DNA of 64,000 nucleotides. Source: Candidatus Gastranaerophilales bacterium (GTDB lineage: Bacteria; Cyanobacteriota; Vampirovibrionia; Gastranaerophilales; Gastranaerophilaceae). The notes under the pieces were generated by a model, which was not told where the DNA came from, did no database searches, and worked only from the letters and a program-made list of their open reading frames with translations. This document shows positions 10,240 through 19,366 of this stretch, in pieces (positions within the stretch are counted from its first letter, which is position 1; every line of letters starts with the position of its first letter). The stretch covers positions 9,883-73,882 of the forward strand of contig JAWXUD010000003.1 of NCBI GenBank assembly GCA_044432945.1. The letters run 5' to 3'. A program made the translations under genes and the position numbers.

Positions 10240-11750
10240 AAAACATTGTTAATAAAGTGAAAATGATTAGTACATCGGTTGATGAGTATCAGAACGATAC
10301 GGAAATACAATCGCTACATTCTTTGGCTTATGTAAATAGAGCGAAAAAATTTATTGAAAAAGAGGGTTATGATGAAGCGGAAGATATTTTGTTGCAAGCT
10401 TTGGAGTTGCCACAAAAAGATGCTTTAGTTTATAAATATTTAGGTTTGGTGTATGACAAGCAAAAAAACTTTGAAAAAGCAGTAGAAGTTTATCAAAGTT
10501 CAGCAGAGATTGGTCCTTTGGATAAAAATGTTTGGCAAAAATTAGGTTTTGCACTAATTGCTGTTGAAAAATATGTTGAGGCTGAAAAATCTTTTGAAAA
10601 TTCAAATCGAGTTTCAGCAGGCAATACTGACACATATACTGGTTGGGGCATGTCTTTGATGAAGCAGGGAGAATATGAGCAGGCACGTGAAAAATTTAGT
10701 ACCGCTGTTAATATTAATAAATATAATTTCAGTGCAATATTCTTGAGTGCTGTTATGGACATAAACCTTGAGGAGTATGATAAGGCTGAATCTAAATTAA
10801 TATTTTTAGCTAATGTTACGCCTAATGAAACAAATACATTTGAGTACGCTCATTTGAAGTTCCTGAAAGGCGATTATGAAACAGCACTTCGTTATGCCAA
10901 TATTTCTTTAGAGCATAATTCTTGTATGTTGCCTAGTTATTTGTTGATTGCTAAAATTCATTCGCTTAATTTTAATAAAGATGAGGCAATATCATCATTT
11001 GAAACTGCTGAGGCTAGAGAATTGACCTCATTTGCTCTGTATTTTGAATGGGGATTGGCATTAGAGAGGTTTCATATGTATTCAGAGGCTAAGGAAAAGT
11101 TTCTTTTGGCTATGGATTTCGATAATAAAAATCCTGTATTATTAGCCAATCTCGCTTTGATGAACGCATTGTTAGATAGTTTTGATGATACTTATATTTA
11201 TTCACAAATGGTTTCTGAAATCGCCCCTGACAATAAAATTCTTAAACTAATTAACGGGATAATTGATTATGAAAAAGATGAATTTAGTTCTGCAGTCAGA
11301 TTGTTAAAAGACGGTATGAGCGGAGATTTTTTAGATGCTATTAATTCATATTATTTGGCAAAATGTTATGAGAAAATGAATGATGAGGTTCGTGTTAAAG
11401 ACTATTATGAAGCGGCATTGCAAAAAAATCCAGTTTATTTGAATGCATACTTGGCTTATGCGAAATTTATGATTGATAATGAGGACTATGCCGAAGCTAA
11501 AAGGAAATTACGAAAAGCGATGAGAATTTCACCAGAAAATACTGTAGTGTTAAATGCGTTATTTTTTGTAGGGTATAAATTAGAGAAAGAAAATTCTTGT
11601 GAGTTCAATATAAAAGAATTATTTTTGTTAGCGGAAAAAATCAAAAATATTGATATTGAAAAATTCTTGTATGATAATGAGCTTGCAGAATTAATCGGGG
11701 TTTTAGAGCCAAAATCAGAGCATTTGTCAGTTTTATATGATGAAAATTAG
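10224..11750 (+). CDS. Tetratricopeptide-repeat protein
   Basis: 508 aa of repeated 34-residue A/Y/L-patterned units (for example ALVYKYLGLVYDKQKNFEKAVEVYQSS). Confidence 0.75.
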   Translation: MFSWIKNIVNKVKMISTSVDEYQNDTEIQSLHSLAYVNRAKKFIEKEGYDEAEDILLQALELPQKDALVYKYLGLVYDKQKNFEKAVEVYQSSAEIGPLDKNVWQKLGFALIAVEKYVEAEKSFENSNRVSAGNTDTYTGWGMSLMKQGEYEQAREKFSTAVNINKYNFSAIFLSAVMDINLEEYDKAESKLIFLANVTPNETNTFEYAHLKFLKGDYETALRYANISLEHNSCMLPSYLLIAKIHSLNFNKDEAISSFETAEARELTSFALYFEWGLALERFHMYSEAKEKFLLAMDFDNKNPVLLANLALMNALLDSFDDTYIYSQMVSEIAPDNKILKLINGIIDYEKDEFSSAVRLLKDGMSGDFLDAINSYYLAKCYEKMNDEVRVKDYYEAALQKNPVYLNAYLAYAKFMIDNEDYAEAKRKLRKAMRISPENTVVLNALFFVGYKLEKENSCEFNIKELFLLAEKIKNIDIEKFLYDNELAELIGVLEPKSEHLSVLYDEN

Positions 11751-11772
11751 TTAATGAAAGAGAAAAAGAAGT

Positions 11773-13038
11773 TTGAAAAAATTAATTGTACAAAAATTCG
11801 GTGGCACATCTGTTGCTGATACAGAGAAAATAAAAAATGTAGCAAACATTGTTATTAAAGAAAAACAAAACGGAAATGATGTATTAGTAGTCGTTTCAGC
11901 GATGGGGCATACAACTGATTATCTGGTGAAGATGGCAAAGGATTTGTCTAGCAACCCTTCTTCACGAGAGATGGATATGTTGTTATCAACAGGTGAGGGG
12001 GTTACTATTGCTTTGTTAGCGATGGCTATTCAATCACAAGGATATGACGCTATTAGTTTTAACGCTTCTCAAATCGGTATTGTGACTGAGAACGTTCATG
12101 CAAAAGCTCGAATTTTGGATATTAAAACTGAAAAATTAAGAAAAAATCTTGATGAAGGTAAAATCATTGTCGTAGCTGGGTTTCAAGGTGTTACTGATGA
12201 TGGCGAGATTACAACATTAGGGCGTGGTGGTTCTGATACTTCTGCTGTTGCTTTAGGTGCAGCATTGAATGCACAAAGATGCGATATTTACACCGATGTA
12301 GAAGGCGTTTACACGACTGATCCTAGGATTGTTTCTAATGCTTCAAGGTTAGATGAAATCTCTTATGATGAGATGTTGGAGTTGGCTCATGCGGGTGCTG
12401 GCGTGCTTCACCCAAGAAGTGTCGAGACGGCAAAGCATTTTAATTTGCCAATTCGTGTTAGAAGCAGTTTTAAAATAGATAATTTAGGTACATTAATTTT
12501 AGGAGCGAATAAAATGGAAATTCATAAACCAGTAGCGGGTGTAGCGGCAGATTTGTCACAATCAAGAATAGTTGTTTGCGATGTTCCTGATAAGCCAGGT
12601 GTTGCAGCAAAAATATTTACTAGGTTGGCACAACAAAAAATCTCTGTAGATATGATTATCCAATCATATGCAAGAAAAATTTCTAACACAAATGACATAG
12701 CTTTCACGGTTGATTCTTGTGATATTGATAAGGCTATTGAAACGTTAAACCTGTTGAAAACTGAAATCGAAGCGTTGGGTGAAATTCAGGTTAATAATGA
12801 TATAGCAAAGGTTTCGATAATCGGTGCGGGCATGATTGACAGACCTGGTATCGCATCTACAATGTTTGAAACTTTGGCTGATTTGAAAATAAATATCCGT
12901 ATGATTTCAACAAGTGAGATTAAAATTAGTTGTTTGGTTGATAAAGAGGACGCTAATAGAGCTTTGGCAGCGTTGCATAATGTTTTTGAATTGGATTGTG
13001 ACGTTGTGGCAGAAGTTAAAGGTGATTTGCCTGAATAA
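11773..13038 (+). CDS. lysC: Aspartate kinase with two C-terminal ACT domains
   Basis: VQKFGGTSVAD, VVVSAMG, GRGGSDTSAVALGAAL, ACT-like repeats. TTG start. Confidence 0.9.
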   Translation: MKKLIVQKFGGTSVADTEKIKNVANIVIKEKQNGNDVLVVVSAMGHTTDYLVKMAKDLSSNPSSREMDMLLSTGEGVTIALLAMAIQSQGYDAISFNASQIGIVTENVHAKARILDIKTEKLRKNLDEGKIIVVAGFQGVTDDGEITTLGRGGSDTSAVALGAALNAQRCDIYTDVEGVYTTDPRIVSNASRLDEISYDEMLELAHAGAGVLHPRSVETAKHFNLPIRVRSSFKIDNLGTLILGANKMEIHKPVAGVAADLSQSRIVVCDVPDKPGVAAKIFTRLAQQKISVDMIIQSYARKISNTNDIAFTVDSCDIDKAIETLNLLKTEIEALGEIQVNNDIAKVSIIGAGMIDRPGIASTMFETLADLKINIRMISTSEIKISCLVDKEDANRALAALHNVFELDCDVVAEVKGDLPE

Positions 13039-13062
13039 CTATAAGTTAGAGGAATTGTTAAG

Positions 13063-13410
13063 ATGAGATTGAGTGAATTACCAGATTGCCCTATTGAAAC
13101 CACTTGGAAACTTGTTGGTGATAAATGGAAAACTATGATTTTACGTGATTTGCTTAGTGGAGCAAAGCGTTTTGTCGAATTGAAAAAAAATCTTGCGATT
13201 ATTACGCCAAAATCTTTGACATCAAGTTTGAGGAAATTAGAACAAGACGGACTGGTCTTGCGTAAGGTTTATTCTATAAATCCTCCAAAGGTGGAATATT
13301 CTTTAACTGATGTTGGTTATAGTCTAGCACCAGTGCTTAGTGCAATGGCAAGTTGGGGTACGGATTACAAAACCTTCATCGCTTTGCTAGAAAAACAAAG
13401 GAGTAAATAA
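13063..13410 (+). CDS. HxlR-family winged-helix transcriptional regulator
   Basis: CPIETTWKLVGDKWKTMILRDL and VEYSLTDVG, typical of HxlR. Confidence 0.85.
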   Translation: MRLSELPDCPIETTWKLVGDKWKTMILRDLLSGAKRFVELKKNLAIITPKSLTSSLRKLEQDGLVLRKVYSINPPKVEYSLTDVGYSLAPVLSAMASWGTDYKTFIALLEKQRSK

Positions 13411-14223
13411 ATGGATAACGCAGGAATTTTAACTTTACAATTTAATCCAAAGTTAAATGACAAAAAAGCGAACTTGGACAAAGTCTATGATTTGGTTAGT
13501 CAATATTGTGATAAGCAGATTGATTTGGTGGTGTTGCCAGAGTTTTTTTCAACAGGAATTGATGATAATGCGTTTAAGAATTCAGCTGAGCCAGTTGATG
13601 GCGGTGAAACAATTGGGTTTTTAAAAAATGTCGCAAAGAGATTTAATACTAATATTGTCTGCGGTACTGTCATAGTAAAAGATGGTGAAAATTTGTATAA
13701 TACAGCTTTTGTGCTAAATCGTAGAGGAGAGATAGTTAATTATTATCGAAAAATTCATTTATATAATTATTTTGGTGGAAATGAAGGAAACACGATTACA
13801 GCTGGGGTTGAGGCTTTAGTTGTTGATTTGGATTTTGCAAAAGTTGGTGTTAGCGTTTGTTTTGATATAAAGTTTCCTATGTTGTATCGAAAATTGATTA
13901 AAATGGGTGCTGAAATTATTGTATCACCGTCAGCTTGGTGTAATTTAAACATATTGGAAGAAAAACAAAAGCTTGATTATGTTACAACTTGGCGTGCGAT
14001 GAATATTTGTCGTGCTACGGAGAGTTTAGTTTATTTTGTTTCATCTAATCAGGTTGGCAAATCAAATAAGTTTTTGTATTGTTGCGGAAATTCTATGATT
14101 GTTGCACCAATGGGAGAGGTTTTACAAAATGCTTGCGATAAAGAAGATGCGATTTATGCCCAAATTAGTTTGAAGAAAGTTCGTGAGCTGAAAATAAATG
14201 TGCCTGTTGCACAATTAGAGTAG
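13411..14223 (+). CDS. Carbon-nitrogen hydrolase family protein
   Basis: The Glu-Lys-Cys triad context is present (VVLPEFF, YRKIHLY, VSVCFDIKFP). Confidence 0.85.
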   Translation: MDNAGILTLQFNPKLNDKKANLDKVYDLVSQYCDKQIDLVVLPEFFSTGIDDNAFKNSAEPVDGGETIGFLKNVAKRFNTNIVCGTVIVKDGENLYNTAFVLNRRGEIVNYYRKIHLYNYFGGNEGNTITAGVEALVVDLDFAKVGVSVCFDIKFPMLYRKLIKMGAEIIVSPSAWCNLNILEEKQKLDYVTTWRAMNICRATESLVYFVSSNQVGKSNKFLYCCGNSMIVAPMGEVLQNACDKEDAIYAQISLKKVRELKINVPVAQLE

Positions 14224-14251
14224 TTAAATATACCTTATAAGGAAGTAAAAA

Positions 14252-15157
14252 ATGAATAAAGAAGAGCTTTTAGGCTTATATAATTTAGAATTAGATGAAT
14301 TGTTAGCGATATCAAGAAAATACATGTCTGATGACATTGAATTTTGTTCGTTAGTGAACGCACGTAATGGAAAGTGTTCACAAAATTGCAAATATTGTGC
14401 TCAAAGTTCTCATTATTGTACGAATATAGAAACGTTTCCTTTGATAGAGATCGATGAAGTTGAAAAAGTAGCTTTAGAGGCTAAATCTCAAAAGGCTTCA
14501 CGTTTTGCGGTTGTAACATCAGGAAAGACGCCAGATGAGAGTGATGCTGATAAGATTATTGAAATGATTAAAAAGATTAATTCAATTGATGGGGTTCAAA
14601 GTTGTGCATCAATTGGTATATTGGACGAGGAAAACGCTAAAAAGCTTGCAGATGCTGGATTGAAACGTTTTCATCACAATATAAATACGGCAGAATCTTA
14701 TTATCCTGAGGTTTGCACAACTCACACTTGGCAAGATCGTAAAAAGACTTGTGAATTGGTTAAAAAATATGGAATGGAACTTTGTTGTGGCGTGATATTA
14801 GGAATGGGTGAAAGCGTTGAACAACGTGTTGAGATGGCACTTCAGCTTGCAGAAATCGCACCAAATTCAATCCCTATAAACATTTTGATGCCTATCAAAG
14901 AAACCCCATTTGAAAATTACCATGACAAGATTGATGAGCAACATATTTTGCGTTCACTTGCGATTATTAAAATTGCGAACCCTAGTGCTGTGCTTCGTTT
15001 TTGCGGTGGCAGAATGAGATTGTCAGAAGCTGGTCAAGAAATTGCGTTGAAGAATTGTGTTGAAGGGATTTTGATAGGCAATTATTTAACAACAACTGGT
15101 AAAGCACCTTGTGAGGATTTGCAAACTGTGCAAAAATTAGGTAAGAAAATAGTTTAA
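14252..15157 (+). CDS. bioB: Biotin synthase-like radical SAM enzyme
   Basis: CSQNCKYCAQSS cluster box, FHHNINT, GMGES. No other bio genes adjacent. Confidence 0.75.
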   Translation: MNKEELLGLYNLELDELLAISRKYMSDDIEFCSLVNARNGKCSQNCKYCAQSSHYCTNIETFPLIEIDEVEKVALEAKSQKASRFAVVTSGKTPDESDADKIIEMIKKINSIDGVQSCASIGILDEENAKKLADAGLKRFHHNINTAESYYPEVCTTHTWQDRKKTCELVKKYGMELCCGVILGMGESVEQRVEMALQLAEIAPNSIPINILMPIKETPFENYHDKIDEQHILRSLAIIKIANPSAVLRFCGGRMRLSEAGQEIALKNCVEGILIGNYLTTTGKAPCEDLQTVQKLGKKIV

Positions 15158-15204
15158 AATCAGCAATTTTATTTTGAGCATATGCGTTTCGTTAAAACTA
15201 TGAC

Positions 15205-15240
15205 GTCATTGCGAGCGAAAGCGTGGCAATCTAGCTTTTT
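15205..15240 (+). repeat. Partial, diverged copy of the core of the GC-rich element seen at 31.6/32.0/41.4 kb
   Basis: cattgcgagcgaaagcgtggcaatctagcttt compared with gcagtgcgaaaagcgtggttagctttc in the full copies. Confidence 0.4.
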
Positions 15241-15436
15241 ATTTTTTGTCAAAACAGCCTTTATCGTTAAGGTAATTATAAATCATTATTTCAAGTTGTG
15301 GGGTAGGTTTTGTATGCTCTTTTTCGCATTCGGTTTTGAATGTTTCCCATAGCTCATCAGTAAACATTAATGTAACTCGTCTATCTTTGTTAGTAGTTAG
15401 TTTTTTAAATCTTTCAAGTTTATCCATGTATAACAT
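15239..15436 (-). CDS. Small ribbon-helix-helix (CopG/Arc-like) protein
   Basis: 65 aa. RVTLMFTDELWETFKTECEKEHTKPTPQLEIMIYNYL has a beta-strand/helix/helix pattern typical of RHH. The start may be the ATG at 15427. Confidence 0.45.
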   Translation of the reverse strand: MLYMDKLERFKKLTTNKDRRVTLMFTDELWETFKTECEKEHTKPTPQLEIMIYNYLNDKGCFDKK

Positions 15437-15452
15437 TATACACGTGTTTATA
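15437..15452. promoter_or_regulatory. Imperfect palindrome TATACAC|GTGTTTA(TA) between the RHH gene start and a divergent promoter
   Basis: CACGTG core with A/T flanks (6 of 7 positions symmetric per half-site). It abuts the RHH start codon and ends 5 nt before the -35 at 15457. Confidence 0.35.
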
Positions 15453-15456
15453 CAGC

Positions 15457-15485
15457 TTGACAGCTAACTCGTTTATGCATATAAT
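15457..15485 (+). promoter_or_regulatory. Consensus sigma-70 promoter TTGACA-N17-TATAAT
   Basis: ttgaca at 15457-15462, a 17-nt spacer, tataat at 15480-15485. Confidence 0.55.
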
Positions 15486-15492
15486 AATGCGT

Positions 15493-15651
15493 ATGGATAT
15501 GCTTATTAGGGTGATTATAAGAATTTTTAAAATTTTGCTAGCAGTTTTGAAGTGGATATTTTCATTTTGGGGCAGGGTAATGGAACTATTTTTGTTCTCC
15601 TACGACCCAAGTATAGTTTGTGATAAGTTAGAAAATTATGATAAAAAGTGA
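15493..15651 (+). CDS. Candidate leaderless micro-ORF encoding a 52-aa hydrophobic peptide
   Basis: The ATG lies 7 nt after the -10 hexamer. Peptide MDMLIRVIIRIFKILLAVLKWIFSFWGRVMELFLFSYDPSIVCDKLENYDKK. The ORF-track version (15457..) would begin on the -35 hexamer. Confidence 0.3.
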   Translation: MDMLIRVIIRIFKILLAVLKWIFSFWGRVMELFLFSYDPSIVCDKLENYDKK

Positions 15652-15657
15652 CGAGGT

Positions 15658-16134
15658 CTAAATATTTTTCAGCAATACAACAGCGTTTGCTTCGATTGCG
15701 AGTTCTTGACCAACTGCGTCCATTTTCTCATTAGTTTTTGCTTTTATAGAAATTTGTCCATCGTTAAGTCCTAATATTTCGCAAAGTAAAGTTTTCATTT
15801 TAGGGATATATGGCATCATTTTAGGGCGTTGAGCGATGATGTTGCTATCTATATTTTCGATTATATAATTTTTACTTCTGACGAGGTCATAAACTTTTGT
15901 CAATAATGCAGTGCTATCAGCACCTTTATAAATTGGGTCGGTGTCTGGGAAAAGCGTTCCGATATCTGCTAGTGCTAAAGCTCCTAGCATTGCATCGATT
16001 ATTGCGTGGATAAGCACATCAGCATCAGAATGTCCTAAAAGTCCTTTTTCATGGGTTATTTTCACCCCGCCAATAATTAAATCACGCCCTGGTGTTAAAG
16101 TGTGAATATCGTACCCAATTCCAATTCTATACAT
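15658..16134 (-). CDS. ispF: 2-C-methyl-D-erythritol 2,4-cyclodiphosphate synthase
   Basis: RIGIGYDIH, GHSDADVLIHAI, 158 aa. Confidence 0.9.
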   Translation of the reverse strand: MYRIGIGYDIHTLTPGRDLIIGGVKITHEKGLLGHSDADVLIHAIIDAMLGALALADIGTLFPDTDPIYKGADSTALLTKVYDLVRSKNYIIENIDSNIIAQRPKMMPYIPKMKTLLCEILGLNDGQISIKAKTNEKMDAVGQELAIEANAVVLLKNI

Positions 16135-16156
16135 AAAAATTACTCCTTGAATTTAT

Positions 16157-16954
16157 TTAAATTAAAACGAATTTTTCCATCGCTTTGACAAACCCATCGT
16201 TTTCAACGCTGTCAGTGATGTGGTTAGCGTATGTTTTAAGTTCGTCAGTTGCGTTACCCATTGCAACTGCAACTCCACCAGCTTTCAATAGTTCGATATC
16301 ATTATTTTGATCGCCAATTGTTAGGACTTCTTCTTTTTTTATATCCCAAATTTTGCAGAGATGTTCAACCGCACAAGATTTTCTGGCTTCGTTGTGTGAA
16401 ATTTCGCAATAATATGGCGAGGATTTTACAATATATAGATGTTCGTGTTCTTTTTCTAAAAATTCTTTGTATTCGGTAACTACTTCAGCATCGGAATAAT
16501 CAACTATCAATATTTTATTGACGTCCTCAATTTTTAGTTCATCAAAATTCTTTACCTGATATGTTATATTTTGCACTTCTGCATATTTTTGCACAATATC
16601 GTTTTCTTCTTCGACAATTAAAACATCATTAATGTATAAATTTGTGTGAACTTTTTTTTGTCTAGCCCAAGAGAGAATTTTTTTTGCAGAAATTGGGTCA
16701 AGAGTTTTTTTATAAAATTCGATTCCGTTTTCGCAATTTTCTTTTATCAAACCACCTTGATAAGATACGACTGGAGTGTTCAGTCCTAATTCGGTTGCTA
16801 AAAGCTTAGCGGCACTGTGCATTCTGCCTGTGACAAGTACAACTTTCACGCCTTGTTCCTGCATTTTTTTTATACATTTTTTAACGTTATCTGAAACCCC
16901 AACTCCCCAGTTATATATAGTTCCATCGATGTCGGTTGCGACCATTTTTATCAT
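16157..16954 (-). CDS. Cof-type HAD-IIB phosphatase
   Basis: ATDIDGT, VLVTGR, IGDQNNDIELLKAGGVAVAMGNA. Confidence 0.85.
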   Translation of the reverse strand: MIKMVATDIDGTIYNWGVGVSDNVKKCIKKMQEQGVKVVLVTGRMHSAAKLLATELGLNTPVVSYQGGLIKENCENGIEFYKKTLDPISAKKILSWARQKKVHTNLYINDVLIVEEENDIVQKYAEVQNITYQVKNFDELKIEDVNKILIVDYSDAEVVTEYKEFLEKEHEHLYIVKSSPYYCEISHNEARKSCAVEHLCKIWDIKKEEVLTIGDQNNDIELLKAGGVAVAMGNATDELKTYANHITDSVENDGFVKAMEKFVLI

Positions 16955-17490
16955 AATTTTATTACTCCATCTATAATGGTCCTAGATATTGCACAAATAG
17001 TTTTGGCATCATTAATTTCACCATTTTGTATCATTTCCAAGACTTTTTTTATTTTAATTGTTGAGGCTTCAATAATTTCACCTTCATCAGGGTGTTGTTT
17101 TGTGAAGGTTAAATCTTGAGCTAAGTAAAGGTGCAAAACTTCATCACAAAAGCCAGCAGAAGGGTTTATGAACCCTAACGATTTCCAGTTTTTGGCTTGA
17201 TAACCAGTTTCTTCTTCAAGTTCTCTTTTTGCTGCATTAAGTGGGGCTTCATCTTTTTCTAGTTTGCCAGCAGGTAATTCAAAAATAGTATTTTTAATCG
17301 GATATCTGTATTGTTGTACAAACAATATTTCATCTTCTTTAATCGCCAAAATCACGACTCCACCTGAGAGTTGTGCTACCTCTCTAAACGATTTCATGCC
17401 ATTAGACAATTCTATTTCGTCACGATACACACGAATTATTTTTCCTTGATAGACGATTTCAGATTTTAGTGTTTTTTCTTCAAAATTCAT
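16951..17490 (-). CDS. NUDIX hydrolase (ADP-ribose pyrophosphatase-like)
   Basis: Nudix box GKLEKDEAPLNAAKRELEEETGY. 4-nt overlap with the downstream gene. Confidence 0.85.
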   Translation of the reverse strand: MNFEEKTLKSEIVYQGKIIRVYRDEIELSNGMKSFREVAQLSGGVVILAIKEDEILFVQQYRYPIKNTIFELPAGKLEKDEAPLNAAKRELEEETGYQAKNWKSLGFINPSAGFCDEVLHLYLAQDLTFTKQHPDEGEIIEASTIKIKKVLEMIQNGEINDAKTICAISRTIIDGVIKL

Positions 17491-17504
17491 TTCTAATCCT
17501 TTTA

Positions 17505-18674
17505 TTACAAAGCACGGATAATCGATTTTATATTGCCATCACTAACTTTTAGTAATGCAACAGTTTTTGTAGATTCATCAAGATTGTCCAATTTTTTTAA
17601 TACTTCAACTGTTTTTAAAATTATCATCTGGTTATTTGATTTTAAAAGCTCACGTATTGCATACAAATCAGTGGCAAAATCTAAGGCACTGCATACATAA
17701 GGGCTATTTTCGTTAAGTTTAGAATTTATATTTTTGTAAAGTTCTTTTTTATTAACATTTTTCAATAATTTTTTAATTTCTAATATCTCTTGCTTAGTAT
17801 TTTTGTCCTCGTCAAATAAATATTCATCGTTTTCTGTTAAAATATCAAATTTTTCGATGGCGTTTAGCAAAATAATAGATGTTTCATCGTATTTTTGAGA
17901 TGAGATAAGTTCTTGAAAAATATCGTATAATTGATAGTCTAAAACGGTTGAGAGTCCTAAGATTTCGCCAAGTCCATTTATTATATTAAAAATAACTAAC
18001 AATGCGTTAGAATAATCTATTTTTAAAAGTTCAAATAAGTTTATGAGATAAGGGATTTCACCTGCTATATTTTCAGGCATCGAGGATTTTTTCATGACTT
18101 CCATTATCTCGTCAATTGCTAATTTGTCGCCATAATTGATGAGGAATTTGACTGCAGAAAGTGTTTCAAAATCGTCATCACTATTGAGTTTTTCGATAGC
18201 TAAATCATATGAATATTTGTCTTTAAATTTTGATAGAGCATAGGCACAATTAGAGGCTAAAAAATCGTTTTCGCAATAAGCATATTTTCTCAAAAGCTCT
18301 AGAGCCAATGGGTCGTGTATGAAAGCAAAATATCTTGTAATATAAGTTTTTTTGGAGGTATTACCATTTTCTAATAGTTCTAAAAGTTCATCAGTCAGGT
18401 CTTCATCAGCATATTTAATTAAGGCTGAAACGATAAAATCTTCGTATGACGGCGAATAAAATGGTAAAAATTTCAATAAATTCTTATAATTTTTTTCGTT
18501 AATTTGTTCTGCTAATCTATTTGCAACATTTTGCTTGATAAAATCAAAGATGAAATCATCTTTGTCTATCAACTCAGAAAACAATTCAACTTCTGCATTG
18601 TTAATTAGATTAAAAGCAACTTGTTCGTAATCTTTTCTATTTTTACCAGTAAGTTTTTTAAAATTTTCTGTCAT
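17505..18674 (-). CDS. Hypothetical all-helical (HEAT/ARM-like repeat) protein
   Basis: 389 aa, repeated helical units (ALIKYADEDL, AVKFLINYGDKLAIDEI). No catalytic motif recognised. Confidence 0.45.
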   Translation of the reverse strand: MTENFKKLTGKNRKDYEQVAFNLINNAEVELFSELIDKDDFIFDFIKQNVANRLAEQINEKNYKNLLKFLPFYSPSYEDFIVSALIKYADEDLTDELLELLENGNTSKKTYITRYFAFIHDPLALELLRKYAYCENDFLASNCAYALSKFKDKYSYDLAIEKLNSDDDFETLSAVKFLINYGDKLAIDEIMEVMKKSSMPENIAGEIPYLINLFELLKIDYSNALLVIFNIINGLGEILGLSTVLDYQLYDIFQELISSQKYDETSIILLNAIEKFDILTENDEYLFDEDKNTKQEILEIKKLLKNVNKKELYKNINSKLNENSPYVCSALDFATDLYAIRELLKSNNQMIILKTVEVLKKLDNLDESTKTVALLKVSDGNIKSIIRAL

Positions 18675-18695
18675 AATTATTACTTCAAAAGCTAA

Positions 18696-19298
18696 TTAAT
18701 CTAAATAGAAAGTTGTAATAACTTTGTGACATTCTTCGCCGTATTGTACAGCGTTGTGAAGAGTTTTGCTAGTGTGAGAAAGGAAGCAGATTAGCTGGTT
18801 GCAATCTTCAATAATCTCTCTATTGCACACTCTAGACGCATCAGCCAATGTCATCATCGCACGATCTGAATGTTCAACGATGTTAGGCACTCCGATAAGT
18901 TGGTTTTGAACATCGCTAGGTTGTTGTCCAATAGTTTGAGGTAAAATAACTTTTAATTTATCAGGATTAGCCTTCATAGCTCCACGAATAGCGGCAGCGT
19001 TTGTTCCTGAAGAACCACCTGACGTTATGATAGTGTTGCCTTGACGCACTAAAGCTGTCGCAAGCGTTTCAATCATTTGTTGGTGTGTTATAGGTAGGTT
19101 ACGGCTACCAATGATAGCTATTTTCTTCGCTGATTGCTGAATTGTTGCCAACTCCATTGCAAGCTCATCAACTGTATTCTCAGAACCTGCTGGAACAGTA
19201 TCAAGGTCGTCCAGTGGAACCATAATTGAGCTAGGGTTGTTTTGTTGTTCTTCTGTTGAGTTCATAATTTCGTTTGCTTCAGTCATTTCAGTCACCAT
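18696..19298 (-). CDS. DprA/SLOG-like Rossmann-fold protein
   Basis: IAIIGSRNLP...IITSGGSSGTNAAAIRGAM resembles the DprA/Smf core (SGgArGID-AH-gAL). About 60 aa polar N-terminal tail. Confidence 0.45.
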   Translation of the reverse strand: MVTEMTEANEIMNSTEEQQNNPSSIMVPLDDLDTVPAGSENTVDELAMELATIQQSAKKIAIIGSRNLPITHQQMIETLATALVRQGNTIITSGGSSGTNAAAIRGAMKANPDKLKVILPQTIGQQPSDVQNQLIGVPNIVEHSDRAMMTLADASRVCNREIIEDCNQLICFLSHTSKTLHNAVQYGEECHKVITTFYLD

Positions 19299-19314
19299 TT
19301 TTCCTACTTTCTAA

Positions 19315-19343
19315 TTGCAATATTTACTTTTTTGAATTAAAAT
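19315..19343 (+). promoter_or_regulatory. Candidate promoter TTGCAA-N17-TAAAAT for pcrA
   Basis: ttgcaa at 19315-19320, a 17-nt spacer, taaaat at 19338-19343. Confidence 0.35.
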
Positions 19344-19366
19344 GATTATAACACAAAAAAAACATT

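Noticed and set aside
15457-15651. The 64-aa ORF as drawn in the track.
   Set aside because: Its TTG start coincides with the -35 hexamer of a consensus promoter, so it cannot be on the transcript. It is replaced by the shorter leaderless candidate starting at 15493, which is itself only tentative.
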